Assembly (NCBI RefSeq): GCF_006345805.1
Contig: NC_043000.1
Location: 161,138,001-161,202,000, forward strand
DNA: 64,000 bases
Direction: 5' to 3'
Source: Octopus sinensis
Lineage: Eukaryota
Within the stretch, counting starts at the first letter, position 1. Every line of letters begins with the position of its first letter. The position numbers were made by a program, and so were the translations under genes. The notes below the pieces were generated by a model that ran no database searches, was not told where the DNA came from, and saw only the letters and a program-made list of their open reading frames with translations. This document shows, piece after piece, positions 25,462 to 37,954 of the stretch.

Positions 25462-26559
25462 ATAAATTTAATAATTATGAGGATAACAAGTGTTTGATAT
25501 ATAAGATTATATAAGATCATGTATGACTGAAAGTAAAAGAAATATTACCGTAGAAACGCTTGCAAAACCACTCAAAATTTGGATGTTATTTAAACTCAGG
25601 AAAAAAAAAACACAGTAAACACATTACATGTTTCAATCCTCTCGTCTCATTGTATGTTACTAAAATTCTCTCAAACATTCTTTGAAATACTTTGAAAAAA
25701 CAAAGAAGAATAAGACTTTCCACCATTACTTAGATACCAGTAAATCTTTGATAATTTTAATATTAAAAAAAATCTACAGTCTTTAAGTTGATATATAAAA
25801 TTACTGTATTATTTTAATCTTTTTACTAAAGCTTTTATTAATCACGAAAGAAATAAAAATACAGTAAGAAGCATTAATATTAGCATTATTTACAACTTCA
25901 TGGGAAACTACTCTAAATATCTCTAAAACACTAAATAAGTGAAATAATTTAAGGATATACTTTTTGCAAAATAAACATTCTTCTTACCGAAATGAATAAT
26001 ATTAAACTACAACAGATAACAATAACAACAATATCATAATTAAAAGGGCAAATTGCGAGCATATACCTCCGCCTATTGAACATCCGCCTATAGTACAATT
26101 ATCACAGAAAATTATAATACCATCACATCATGTATTTACTCAGCTTTGGAAGGTGATAAGGTGATTAGTACTTTTATTGCATATAGTGCACTATCAACAA
26201 TTAATGATTCTAGTGTTAATTTTCGTACCTATAAATGTAGAGTACATTACGTGTGTTTCATTAGCGAGAACTGCTTAATGAAATATATACTATAAAAATA
26301 TTTTCTATAGTACTTCATAAATATAGTATTGCAAAAGGTTCTTACTCATAAAGGCATTAAATAATATATGCAGCGTACTTTTAAGTATTGATGTGTGTCT
26401 CATTGTTATCAATTATATCTCAGCTTGCAAATCGAGTGTAAATGTTTAACATTACATATAGTTCTTTATTCCTTATAATTTATTTGAAAAAAAGTGACTT
26501 TCACGTAAAAAATTACTTTAAAATTAGAAATGCTGAATTTCTAAATGTCTCAAAGAGAC

Positions 26560-26745
26560 ATGAGCGGTGGTGGAGCGTAGGGTGGTTGGATACTGTCAAC
26601 ACAACGTGACAGTCCGTCAGGGAATTACATCACCGCTGTTTAGCCCTAGGAAGCATCGACGCTTCCTGTCGGCTTTGACACATTTCCTGTGTCCTTATAT
26701 TTGCGAAGGGGAGGCAAGCACCCCCGCCAGCTAGGATTAGCACCT
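26560..26745 (-). repeat. Structured repeat motif, copy 1 (probable retroelement 5' region)
   Basis: Homologous to 27010-27115 (tttagcccYagga..catcg...ggcttt.gacac...tatttgcRaagggRaggc), with three hairpins. Confidence 0.65.
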
Positions 26746-27009
26746 TTAAAATATTTTTACATATCTATGCTTAGAAATATATGTATATAACTATATTTAT
26801 ATATACAGGATGCGGTGAATAAATTATCGCTTAAATTATCAAAAATTGAAAATAATATTAACATCTCATTTTAACATATATTTACCAAAATTACATAAAA
26901 ATATCTTGAAATATTATTAAATCACAGAGCGAGATGTAAACATTAACCGCTCGACAATGTAAAGTATAAAAGCCATCTCAATATAGCTAACCACAAAGTG
27001 GGGTGTTAC

Positions 27010-27115
27010 TGTAGCTTTTTAGCCCCAGGAGATCATCGTCTCCAGCTGGCTTTAGACACCCTTTCAGTGCCCTTGAAGTATTTGCAAAGGGAGGCCATCC
27101 CTTCCTCGCAAGCCT
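27010..27115 (-). repeat. Structured repeat motif, copy 2, directly downstream of a hammerhead
   Basis: Hairpins aggga/tccct, ggcac/gtgtc and ggaga/tctcc occupy the same positions as in copy 1. Confidence 0.65.
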
Positions 27116-27125
27116 GAGTGATACG

Positions 27126-27166
27126 CACGGACCGGTTTCGAGATTATTGTCTCTTATCAACGGGTG
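27126..27166 (-). ncRNA. Minimal type I hammerhead with U3-A8 variant core
   Basis: Reverse complement: cacccg-TTGATAA-gaga-caataa-tctc-GAAAC-cg-GTC-cgtg. Perfect stem II and palindromic ACCGGT; stem I is partly eroded. Confidence 0.7.
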
Positions 27167-28344
27167 GTAACCACCAGGTCACGATGGAAGACAAGGCCTG
27201 CTTTGCAAATTTATATATTTGCGTAAATTTATTCAATAAAGTGTCATTGGCTTCAACCACGGCCTCCAGAAGTCTTCGGAATCTCCTGCAACTCTTCTGG
27301 TCAGTGTTCTTGATTAGGTTGGTGAATGCTGTCATAATCCTTGCCTTCAGTTCATCTTTGGTGTTACAAGGAGTTTTGATGGTCTCTCACTCAACTGCGC
27401 CTCATACATAATAACCAAGGGGTTGCAATCTGTGGACTTAGGTGGTCATATGTGAGGGGTGATGTGATCGTAGAAATTGTCTGACAGCCATGACTGGGTC
27501 CTCCTACTTGTGTAGCATGGAGCAGAGTCTTGTTGCCAGATGTAGATTTTTCCAGCAGCCGCCCTCTTGACCCAAGGCATCACTACCTCGTCCAGTCACT
27601 CGATATAGACCACCGTTTTGTGTCTGAGGCCGTGTGGGGAGATGGATGGAGACATAACCTCGCCATCACTAATGATCACTCCTAACACCATGGTGTTGAC
27701 AAGATGTTTGATTTTTATCACTATCGGTAGATGTCTTGGGGACACGGCAAGCCTACGGTTGTTCTGTGTTTACCATCAGATCCTGGTAGAAGTTTTTTCT
27801 CGTCTGAGAAAAACAAAAGCAAGTTCGGTTGAACGGATTCTTGAGTTTGTTCAAAAGCTTTGTAGCACGATGTTTCCTCTTATCGTTAATGGATTGGGTT
27901 AAAGATTGACCCCTTCTCATCTTATATGAGGATATCGAATGTCTTCATGCACTATCTGCCTATAAAAACTCAGACGCTCCCATATCCATAGCGATGGACC
28001 TGACTGACTTGGAAGGGTGGTTGTCAATCATGGCCTGGATCGCACCAACAAATACAGGAGTTTTTTTTTTTTATCAGAACGATCAGTGAGTTTTCTGAGT
28101 TGCCGTACCTTCGCAATCACCATTAGGCTCATCCAACTCTTTCCAAATCCTCTGCACTATCCTCAAATTGACACCCAAACACCCTGAAATGTTCGTATTG
28201 GAATGCGTTATGGTGCTGTGTTTTTTTTCACAGACAGTGCCCAACTCACCCTACTATACAATGTAGTCGACAAAACCAAAAACAAACTTTTGCATGTGCA
28301 AAATTGAAAATATAAAATGGCGACAATTTAAGCATTGCATACCG

Positions 28345-28345
<1 letters not shown>

Positions 28346-28387
<42 letters not shown>

Positions 28388-28399
28388 ATAGATAGATAA

Positions 28400-28450
<51 letters not shown>

Positions 28451-28597
28451 TAGATAGATAGATAGATACATACATACATACATACATAATACATACATAC
28501 ATACATACATACATGTATACACATACACACACATATATACATACATATATACATGTATATGTATATATGTATATATATATATATATGTGTGTGTGTG

Positions 28598-28642
<45 letters not shown>

Positions 28643-28652
28643 ATGTATGTAT
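28346..28652. repeat. Compound (TATC)n/(GATA)n/(CATA)n/(TA)n/(TG)n microsatellite
   Basis: Directly visible. Confidence 0.95.
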
Positions 28653-29233
28653 ATGGACCATAGAATCTCTGTTGGTGGACGTAGAGAACTCAGTTATTCG
28701 ATTAATGGAATTACTTGCCTATTGAAATAACTCGTACGTGGCTAAGCATTCCACAAGAACGTGCACCCGTAATAAGTCTTAGAGAGAATAAATGTGAAAA
28801 TTTGTGACAAGATTATAGTTTTCAGTTACACGTTTAATCGACCAGACTGGTTTCAATATAGTCTAGGGGTCAACCGGAGGTCATTGAAATTGTTATACTC
28901 AATTTCCCACGCAGAGAGATTGAGCGTCTGAGCTGGTAGCTGGGAAGCAAACTTCGTAAATATTCGACCATACTGTCTCTTTGTATACATACGTGTGTGT
29001 GTGTGTGTATGTGTGTGTATTTATGCGTATAGGTAGGTATGTAGGTAGGTGTGATTGTATGTGTGTGTGTGTATATATATATATACGCACAGGCACATGT
29101 ACATAGATATACATATGTATGTACATATATATGTATTATGTATGTATGTATGTATTTACGTCATACACACGCGAATATGCACACACACATACACACATAC
29201 TCATACACATGCGCACGCACATATGCGTATATA

Positions 29234-30500
29234 TCGGGGTTGGACAAAATAATGGAAACAACATAGAATTTCAAACAAGTTTATTTTAATATTGGGCAGG
29301 ACCGCCTTTGGCAGTAATTACTGCTTGAATTCTACGGCGTATGGACTCGCACAAAGTTTGAATTGTTTCCAAAGGAATATTTGTCCATTCCTCAGCTAAA
29401 ACAGTCTCTAGTTCTTGTAGTGATGATGGTGGAGGATTTCGACTGCTTACTTGTTTTTCTAAAATGCACCATAATTGTTCAATAATAATGAGATCTGGGG
29501 ACTGTGGTGGCCAGATAAGATTTTCAACTTTACTAGAATGTTCCTCGTGCCATTCAGTAACACTTTTAGCTGTGTGAATTGGCGCATTATCATCCTGAAA
29601 GATTGCGTTTCACTCCGGAAACAGTCCCGCAACTATAGGATGAATTTGATCAGATAAAATGCATAAATAGTCTTCACTCTTTATTCTGCCACGAAGGGAA
29701 GCATATTGGGCCGGCGGATTTCCAAGATATACCCCACCCCAGATCATTACAGATCCTTCTCCATGTTTAACAGTTGGAAGAATGCAGTCTGAGTTAAAAG
29801 CTTCTTTGACTGTTTCCACACGTATACTCGGCCCGTGGTCGGAAATAAGGTAAAGGATGACTCGTCCAAGAAAATAACATTCTTCTACCGCTCTAGGGAC
29901 GAGTTCTGTAGGGTTTTATTCCACTCTAAACGCATTGCAACGTTTGTTTTTGAAAGTAGTGGTTTTCTGATTTAAGTCCTCCCATGAAATCTGGCTCTGT
30001 GCAACTCCCGGCAAACAGTTTTTGTGGAAACTGGGTTCTCGAGGTAGTTATTAAGCTCTGTAGTAATTTTGGGAGCTGTACTTTCGTGATCCTTTCTAAT
30101 AATTCGTGTAAGAGTCCGATAGTCCCTATCTGAAAGTTTTGGGTTTCTTCCGGAGTTTTGTTTCGACGATGAAGTTTTTCCCTCTTTCTCAAAGGCTGTT
30201 ATTACTTTCGAGACAGTACTTCTTGATACACCAAACATTTCGGCTGTTGTCGTTACGGTAGCACCTGCCATGCGAGTACCAAAAATTTGACGTCGTTGAA
30301 TGTCCGATAGAACTGCCATTTTAATGAATTGTAATTACCTTATTCTGATGATATCTGAAAAGAAACATCAATTTTAGCAAAGCATATTAAGAAACACTAA
30401 TAATAAATCCCAAAATAAACCTGATTTTGACGGTTTTATAGATATTTCAAAATTATGATGCTATGATGCTAGGTGTTTCCATTATTTTGTCGAACCCCTG
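29234..30500 (-). mobile_element. Tc1-type DD36E (Incomer-like) transposon, full length, decayed
   Basis: ~28-bp TIRs ggggttggacaaaataatggaaaca at both ends, with TA flanks. Confidence 0.9.
29286..30319 (-). pseudogene. DD36E transposase pseudogene
   Basis: N-terminal HTH MAVLSDIQRRQIFG...GRNPKLSDRD; PTVKHGEGSVMIWG; FQDDNAPIHTAK...WPPQSPDLIIIE (36 residues between D and E by my count); ends AKGGPAQY*. Contains frameshifts and stops. Confidence 0.85.
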
Positions 30501-32635
30501 TATATATATATATATAACCACTGATAAACTTTCATCTACAAATTGCTAACCAGCCTAAATTGACTAATACTTACGGAGCTTTTACACTCTGTGTATATTA
30601 TGCTATGGGGTGCAAATATGTTTATGTCAATGAAGATCTTGCAAAGTAACCGATATGAACTATAAATGAACAAATATTTTGTAGTTGTACAAAAAAGTAT
30701 TACATAATGCAAATGAATTAATGAGAATGCTCTTTAAAAATGAAGAATATTTAGCTTATAGCCATGATGTTTCTTAATCAGAAGAGCAATTTAAAACATT
30801 TTGCTGCATAGAAATACAATACACCAATGAATTACATGCATACATATACAGATGCATAAAAACACAGATAAACGCAATCTCGCACAAAATTAGAGACACA
30901 AACATGCAGACATATTTGCAGCAAAGATTTATATTGCATGCTTTTATTATGGACAATCTCCAACAAATTTTCATATTTCAAATCGAAATTATAAATAATT
31001 AAAATACAAAAAGGAGGTTGCTAATAATAAATCCTATAAATTGCTTAAACAAATGTAGTCGTTTTACTAATAGTATTGAAACCGAGATACTCATTAAAGA
31101 TTAAAAAGTGTTCTTTGGTTATTAAAATGGCGAACATAGGACTGCAGAATTTGAAACTGATACGAAATCCTTAAAAGATCTAATAATTATTATAATTTTC
31201 AAATTTTAATGTTTACGTATTTGACTTGTTTTTCGTTTTGCTTTATTCATATATTTATTTTTTGTCTGTGTTTGGCACCTAGAAGTTCGGATATATTTAT
31301 CAACTCTGAAGGAATATAAAGCAAAGTATATCAAACCTGAAATTTAACTTAGAATGCTAAACAATTAAATAATATTAAATGTTCAGTCAGTATCCTACTC
31401 CCTTTGTTTTACTAACCCACCAATGTCAATAATAATATTTTCTGATGAAGTTAGAATAAAAATTTGGAAAAAAAAAGAAGGCTTAGGGAGAAAATGAACA
31501 ATAGAACGTAACGTAAGTGAACAATTTGTTATTTTAACCGAACAATAAGTTTGCTAATATCCCAACCCCATTGAATTGAAGTATTGCAGCCACCAATACT
31601 CCAATCCAGGACATCCTTCATAACACGCAACCTACCGGCTCTACGGCAAATGACTGCAAAGCCATAAACGCAGGAAATCTAAAACCAAACTATTGCTTCA
31701 CACTCTACCCACACAAATAAAACAAAAGCGGTAATACCACTGTTATTCTCTGCCCGAGAGAATCTTACTAAAACATGAGTGTACCTTCAGCCATGTGCCT
31801 CACAGGAGCTATGGAACTCAACTGAGAATCACACATCTAACCAAAATTATAACACTCATATACATAATACTACTATATACCTTCTCTCTAGCTAATTGAA
31901 GTGTGCCATATCTGCTCTCTATCTTTACACCAGTCCTGTAATCAATACCCCTTGCTACAGCGAAGTAGCTACAACGAAGTTGGTCCGTTTCCTTCACACA
32001 TGTCAGGTAAGAAGAAATCATTCAGAAGGAACAAAAGCAACAATCGCGACCATATCCAACAATACTATCACAACGATCGTGACTCTAGATGCCACCCGTT
32101 TTCTAACTAAAGTATCCTCTTTTATAATATATTAGATGCGGCAAAAGAAAACTTGAGATGAATTTACGCAATAAGGTATCTCCAATCTCAACTGTCACCC
32201 CGTACATCCGTATACGAAGAACGCCTTGTGCTACGTCAGTTGCTTTAGTTTTCACTTGGCAGAGAAATAAAAGAAGACAAGGCGATCACTCTCACCATCG
32301 ATTTCACTAAAAGCTGGGTGAGATTGGGGAGAAGCCCTGTGCGTAATAGCCTTATTCTTAGTATACATTTGCAACCAAAGAATAATGTTAGGATGATATA
32401 ACTTCTCATTCATATCCGAGTTAATCAAGAGGTTTCTACCCGTGCTTCAGCGTCACATTGTTAATCGATTCTTTGATTGTTGTATTAAAGTGTTATAACT
32501 TGGTACCTAACATTATGCTCACAAAGTAACAATAGTAGAAATCACACTCGTACTAATCAAGATAGAATCGTCAAGGGGCCCTCCCAACTCATAATTCCTG
32601 GTCATGTGCCTAAATTAAAAACTGCTATTATTATT

Positions 32636-32800
32636 ACGGTGGTAAGCTGGTAGAATAATTAGTATTGAAATAAATGCTTCGTTACACATAATTGAGCATT
32701 TTACATTCTATGTTCAAATTCTGACGACATCAAGTTTGACTTTCATCATTTTAAGCTTGATAAAGTATAGTACCACTGAAGTACTGTGGTCGATGTTCCA
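32636..32800 (+). mobile_element. SINE family 2, decayed copy
   Basis: ggtggtaagctggtagaat...gttcaaattc...tttgactttcatc...gataaa...gtacca. Confidence 0.6.
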
Positions 32801-32819
32801 CCAGAAATACTCAGAGGGT

Positions 32820-33200
32820 GTTTTATTGGAGATCATAAAGTAGAGAATGTAGAAAAATTTTAAACTGGAAGCATTCCCTAACCAGAAGGACGAAACATCT
32901 CTCTTTTTACAACAATCTTCAACAATAAATCGTATTTCACCTTGGAAAGAGCAGTCGAATAAATTTCATAAGGTTTAGTAAGGCTACAGCAATAGGAAAA
33001 GACTAGGACCTATTTAGAAACTTAGAAAAACTATTTAGAAACAGTATTGCAACCGATGTGGTCACGGTGAGATGATCTTTGATCAATTCTTCAATGCAAG
33101 ACAAGCAGCTTACGTTGTCACAGCAAAGGCGCGTGCTCAAAGAAACGAAGGAACTAATGACATTCGATGGGTCTGAGTAGCGGAGGCACAACTTGCTAAC
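32820..33200 (+). mobile_element. RTE-like LINE remnant (post-RT region)
   Basis: IGDHKVENVEKF...EKLFRNSIATDVV loosely resembles the RTE post-RT pattern; highly decayed. Confidence 0.35.
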
Positions 33201-33209
33201 AAAAGCACA

Positions 33210-33590
33210 ATTCGGTCTTAACCAAACTATGATGAGCATGTGGTACTCAATCCCAAAAATACGTGTGCAGCACAGTAGCATTCCTTTGTCACTTTTTCAA
33301 ATTTGCGATCATTCTTAAATTCTTTTCTTCTCCTGATAAGTATTGAGACTACTCTGTTCTGAAATACTCCTTTTCCACCAAAGTTGTTTATTTCCTCATC
33401 TATCCGTCGATGTTCTCTTCTCAGTAGTTCTCGATCACAGCCTTTCTGCCACAATCCTACTTGCAGCCTTGAGGAAATTATTTGTTTGTGTGATGTTCTT
33501 TGTTTTAATGTCTCTCAATACATTATTGACTTTACTCGATTCTTGATATAGTTTCCATTGTTTAGCCTTCTTAGAGTCGCACATAAATTC
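33210..33590 (-). mobile_element. R4/Dong-type LINE N-terminal fragment
   Basis: KVNNVLRDIKTKNITQTNNFLKAASRIVAERL is homologous to the pre-RT regions at 24.8 kb and 58.5 kb. Confidence 0.6.
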
Positions 33591-33599
33591 TACCTAATG

Positions 33600-34990
33600 C
33601 GCTAACAATAATATGAATTGTTTCTGTTTTTAGGCCCTACATATGAGTTACTTCTATTTCCAAATCTTTGTATTTTGAAAGTTTCTCCGCTTCTTTCAGA
33701 GAAACGTTGTCATCTGCTGGTATTGATAAATCAATTTTTTTCTTGGGGATTTCTAACAACTATATCCGGTCTATTAGCCTTTATTTATATGTGTGTATTG
33801 GCATATTCAAGAGTATGGTTGCTTTATCATTTGCTGTGACCTTTTCTGGGGTGTACCTATACCATTTTTTTCAGTTAATATTCCATAATGTTGTCATAGC
33901 TTCCAGAGTATATAAGTTCCAACTTTGTTATATTTATGAATATATTCCTTCTTAACCAGATCTGGAAAGCTAGAAACAATATGATTTACTGTTTCTTCTC
34001 CGCCACCACATATTCTGCAGTTACTTGTATTTCTCTTTATTATGAGTTTTTGTTGATTTGTGGTGGGAAAGACTTTCATCTTGTACTGCAATTAAAAAGC
34101 CTTGCTTTGAGACCTGAGCTTCTCATTCATCGGTGAGATTTTGGTTTGTGTATTTCTTTTCTGTTTAGTGTAACAGAATATTTGCCATGAAGGGGATATT
34201 TTGTCATCGTTTTATCATGATCCGGTGCAGTTCCAGCTTTTGTTTGGATTCCAGCCGTTTTACAACCTTTGTTGTTTCTTCTTCTTCTTCTTCTTCTTCT
34301 TCTTCTTCTTCTTTTCTTCTTCTTCTTCTTCTTCTTCTTCTTCTTCTTCTTCTTCTTCTTCTTCTTCTTCTTCTTCTTCTTCTTCTTCTTCTTCTTCTTC
34401 TTCTTCTTCTTCTTCTTCTTCTTCTTCTTCTTCTTCTTCTTCTTCATAGTTGTTTGCCTCTATGATTTCTGTTTTGCATTTTTCCAGCTTCTGAAAGACA
34501 GAAAACAGTTTTGCTTGTTTTTCTTGTCTTTTGCGGCTATTTTTATCAGTTTTCCTTGCTTCTGAAGTAGGTTTTTCTGTAATACTACGGTGGTCATTTT
34601 GTAATATTTTCCTAGCTGTATAAAGCGTCTACCACCTTCTATATGTTGTATATATAACCTTTCAATGTCAGAGTTTGGATGGTGCATTCTGAATCTTGTC
34701 ATTAGTTTTCTTATTTTCCTGTCTATTTTGATTAGTTCATTTAGAGTCCAGTTAAGAATATTGTAGCTGTAACTTATAACTTAGACGGCTAGAGTGTCAA
34801 TACCTATTATCTTGAATTTCACATTGAGCTCTGTTTTCAGTATTAATCTAACTCGTCTATAGTATTCTTTTATTATCTTCTCTTTCATTTGTGAGTGTTG
34901 TATCGTATCTAGCTCATTGATTCCTAAGTATTTGTATGTCTGGCTTTGGTCGGATTCTCTTATTTCATTTGCTTATTTTATTCCCTAAAT
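33600..34990 (-). mobile_element. R4/Dong-type LINE family A, 3' portion, interrupted by (TTC)n
   Basis: YKYLG...MHHPNSDIERLYI...GGR; PLHGKY; CRICGGGEETVNHIVS...KKEYIH; RPDIVVR...IDLSIPADDNVSLKE. Confidence 0.9.
34276..34445. repeat. (TTC)n, about 56 units
   Basis: Directly visible, inside the LINE ORF remnant. Confidence 0.95.
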
Positions 34991-34994
34991 CATT

Positions 34995-35279
34995 GTTGTT
35001 TGAGGATGATGAACAAAACACCCATGTTTCCAAATGTGAATTATCTAAACCCCAAAGAATTTCTTTCAATACAGAGCTATGAGGCTCCCCCACTATTTCT
35101 GCTTGTGATCAGAGATGCATATATCGTCACCCACTGAGGGGCATGCTCAACTAGTTAAGGTCAAGCAACTGACAAGCAAATCTGTAGCCCATCTTTTATC
35201 CCAAGACAAATCAATGTACATGATAACACTCCAATAAGAAGCAATGAGAGACACTATCTAGTACTGCATCAGGGTATTT
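34995..35279 (-). mobile_element. 558-bp element copy a (5' half only, fused to the LINE ORF)
   Basis: Homologous to 35540-35861 with small deletions. Confidence 0.9.
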
Positions 35280-35303
35280 ATTATTATTATTATTATTATT
35301 ATT

Positions 35304-35861
35304 GAGTGAGAGAGCAGTTCATGCCATCAAAGTGACACTGGGGTAAAATATACGAAGCCCAATATACCCATCATGACTACCCGTCTGATAAAGGTACACC
35401 AGGCACATGCATCACAACCATATGTGCGCGACATGGTGATCTCATATCAAGATAAACAGCACATGACCTTGCAGGTGGGGCCCAGTTAGAGTTTTCTTCA
35501 GGTTGAGTTACCCATCCCGCTCAAACGGTCCCTGAATAAGGGTTGTTTAAGGATGTTGAAAGAACCACCCATGTTTCCAGAGGTGAACTATTCAAACCCC
35601 AAAGAATCCCTCTCAACACATGGCTATGATGCTCCCCCACTACTTCTGCTCGTGATCAGAGATGCACATATCGTCAGCCATTAAGGGACATGCTCAACTG
35701 GTTAAGGTCAAACAACTGACAAGCAAATCTGTGGTATTGAGCAGAATATTTGCTGTAGCCCATCTTTTATACCAAGACAAAACAATGTGCATGATAACAC
35801 TTCCAATCAGTTAAGATCAGAAGCCATGAGAGCCACTGCCTGGTACTGCATCAGGGCATTT
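35304..35861 (-). mobile_element. 558-bp non-autonomous element copy b (full length)
   Basis: Near-identical to 37989-38546; flanked by (ATT)n on both sides. Confidence 0.92.
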
Positions 35862-35863
35862 TA

Positions 35864-35920
<57 letters not shown>

Positions 35921-35921
35921 G

Positions 35922-36660
35922 CACTTTCTTTCATTTCTGCTTACATTTCTTGCCGAGTGTCTTCCTGACACCTAGGGCAGAGAAACTTACTGTATTCATT
36001 TGTAGGGTCGGCCATTAAAATAAATGCATCAGACTGTTCATTTACAAAGTCATGTGACAGAGATAAAGGGGGAAGACAGGGAGAAAAAGAAAAGATGAAA
36101 ATAATGAAGTAACAAACTAAAGGTGGAAAACGCAAAGAAAATTCACAGTGGCAATGCTCTTCTCAATGCGTATGACGTATCAATTAAGACAATCTTTTGC
36201 ACTTTCCTGCATGGATGGTAAGCCAGGGATCATTCTTAAATAATTTTCAGTTCCTTTTTTGATGATTCCAATTGCTCCCACGATCATTGGTATTTTAACC
36301 GTCTTGAGATGCCACATATTTTCGATTTCGATTAGCAAATCTTTATATTTTCTGAGCTTATCAAATTCTTTTGCGAAGATATCATTGTCTCAAGCTATGC
36401 TCATGTCAATAAAAAATAAAAAAAAGACTTTATCGTTTTGATCTTTCACAACAATATCTGGTTTATTTATTTTGATAGCCCTGCCTGTGCATACTGGGAA
36501 GTCCCAAAGAATAGTTACGTTTTCTCCCTGAGTTACTGCCTCAGAGTGGTGCTTGTACCATTTGTCAGCAGTTTTGATTTTATAATGACGACTCATTATC
36601 CAATGTAGATATTGGCCAACTCTGTCATGTCTTCATTTGTACTCTACAGGTGCTAAAACC
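35922..36660 (-). mobile_element. R4/Dong-type LINE family B, 3' end
   Basis: HDRVGQYLHW...WYKHHSEAV...ILWDFPV...NKPDIVVKD...IDMSI...KYKDLLIEIE...VQKIVLI...ALRRALPL*, then a ~220-bp UTR shared with 54265-54480. Confidence 0.88.
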
Positions 36661-36700
36661 CTACTAATACATTATTATTACCATTATTATTATTATTATT

Positions 36701-37021
36701 GAGTGAGGGAGCAGTGCATGCCATCAAAGTGACACTGGGGTACAAATATACGAAGCCCAGTATACCCATCATGACTACCCGTCTGATAAGGGTACACCAG
36801 GCACATGCATCACAACCATATGTGCGCGACATGGTGATCTCATAACAAGATAAACAGCGCATGACCTTGCGGGTAGGGCCCAGTTAGAATTTTCTTCTGG
36901 TTGGGTAACCCATCCCACTCAAAAGGTCCCTGATTAAGGGTTGTTTAAGGAAACACCCATGTTTCCAGAGGTGAATCATTCAAACCCCAAAGAATACCTC
37001 TCAACACATGGCTATGATGCT
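36701..37021 (-). mobile_element. 558-bp element copy c (3' ~320 bp)
   Basis: Homologous to 35304-35632; ends at a SINE family 1 head. Confidence 0.92.
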
Positions 37022-37171
37022 AGGTCGGCCCGGGGCTATAGCAGAAGACACTCGCCGAAGATGCCACGCAGTGGGACTGAACCCGGAACCATGTGGTTGG
37101 TAAACAAGCTACTTACCACACAGCCACTCCTGCGCCTATACCACTCCTGCGCCTATGCCACTCCTGCGCCT
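37022..37171 (-). mobile_element. SINE family 1 head with a triplicated 5' 16-17-mer
   Basis: ccactcctgcgcctat x3 at 37124-37173; the body matches 11290-11412. Confidence 0.85.
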
Positions 37172-37184
37172 ATCGCCATTATTA

Positions 37185-37247
<63 letters not shown>

Positions 37248-37251
<4 letters not shown>

Positions 37252-37954
37252 TAGTTTTATTTTTATAGCGTGCTTTCACTTCACTACCGAGCACAGCTCT
37301 GTGTGCCTTAGGTATGTGCTGTGATTTGTTGTGTTGCTCTGATGGTTATTGTATGGAAAGTGTTCTGTGTAGGATGTGTGCAGTGCCTAGTAGTGCAATT
37401 TTCTGTATGTTATATGTGTTTGTAAGTCCTGGTGTTTTTGTTATGTATTTGTCTGAATATTTTTTTATCATGCCTAATGCACCTACTATGATAGGAATTG
37501 TTTCTGTTTTCAGATTCCACATTCTGGTTACCTCTATTTCCAGGTCTTTGTATTTTGAGAGTTTCTCCATTTCTTTTAGAGACACGTTGTCATCTGCCGG
37601 TATTGATACATCAATTAGAAAGCATTTTTTTTCTTCATGATCTCTGACAACTATATCTGGTCTGTTGGCCTTAATTTCTCTATCTGTGTGTATCGGCATA
37701 TCCCAGAGTATGGTTGCTTTCTCGTTTTCTGTGACCTTTTCTGGTGTGTGCCTATACTATCTTTTTTCTGTTGTTATTCCATAATGTTGGCATAGCTTCC
37801 AGTGTATGTAGGTTCCAACTCTGTCATGTCTGTGAATATATTCCTTCTTAGCCAGGACTGGGCAGCCAGAGATAATATGATTTATTGTTTCTTGTCCATC
37901 TCCACATATTCTGCAGTTACTTGTTATATTTCTTTTCATTACATGTTTTTGGTA

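Larger units (their letters stand above)
26805..28345 (-). mobile_element. maT-type (DD37D) Tc1/mariner transposon, decayed, with a nested insertion at ~26925-27205
   Basis: Imperfect TIRs caggatgcggtgaataaattatcgc / rc cggtatgcaatgcttaaattgtcgc with TA flanks. Transposase WQQDSAPC...(W)PPKSTDCNPL(G)YY...ELKARIMTAFTNL...LEAVVEAN, with 37 residues from the second D to the mutated third position; several stops. Confidence 0.8.

Noticed and set aside
26640-27115. Structured motif as an HDV-like ribozyme (P1-like gctggc/gccagct, GG, gctaa)
   Set aside because: I could not place P2, P3/L3 or P1.1 in the required order.
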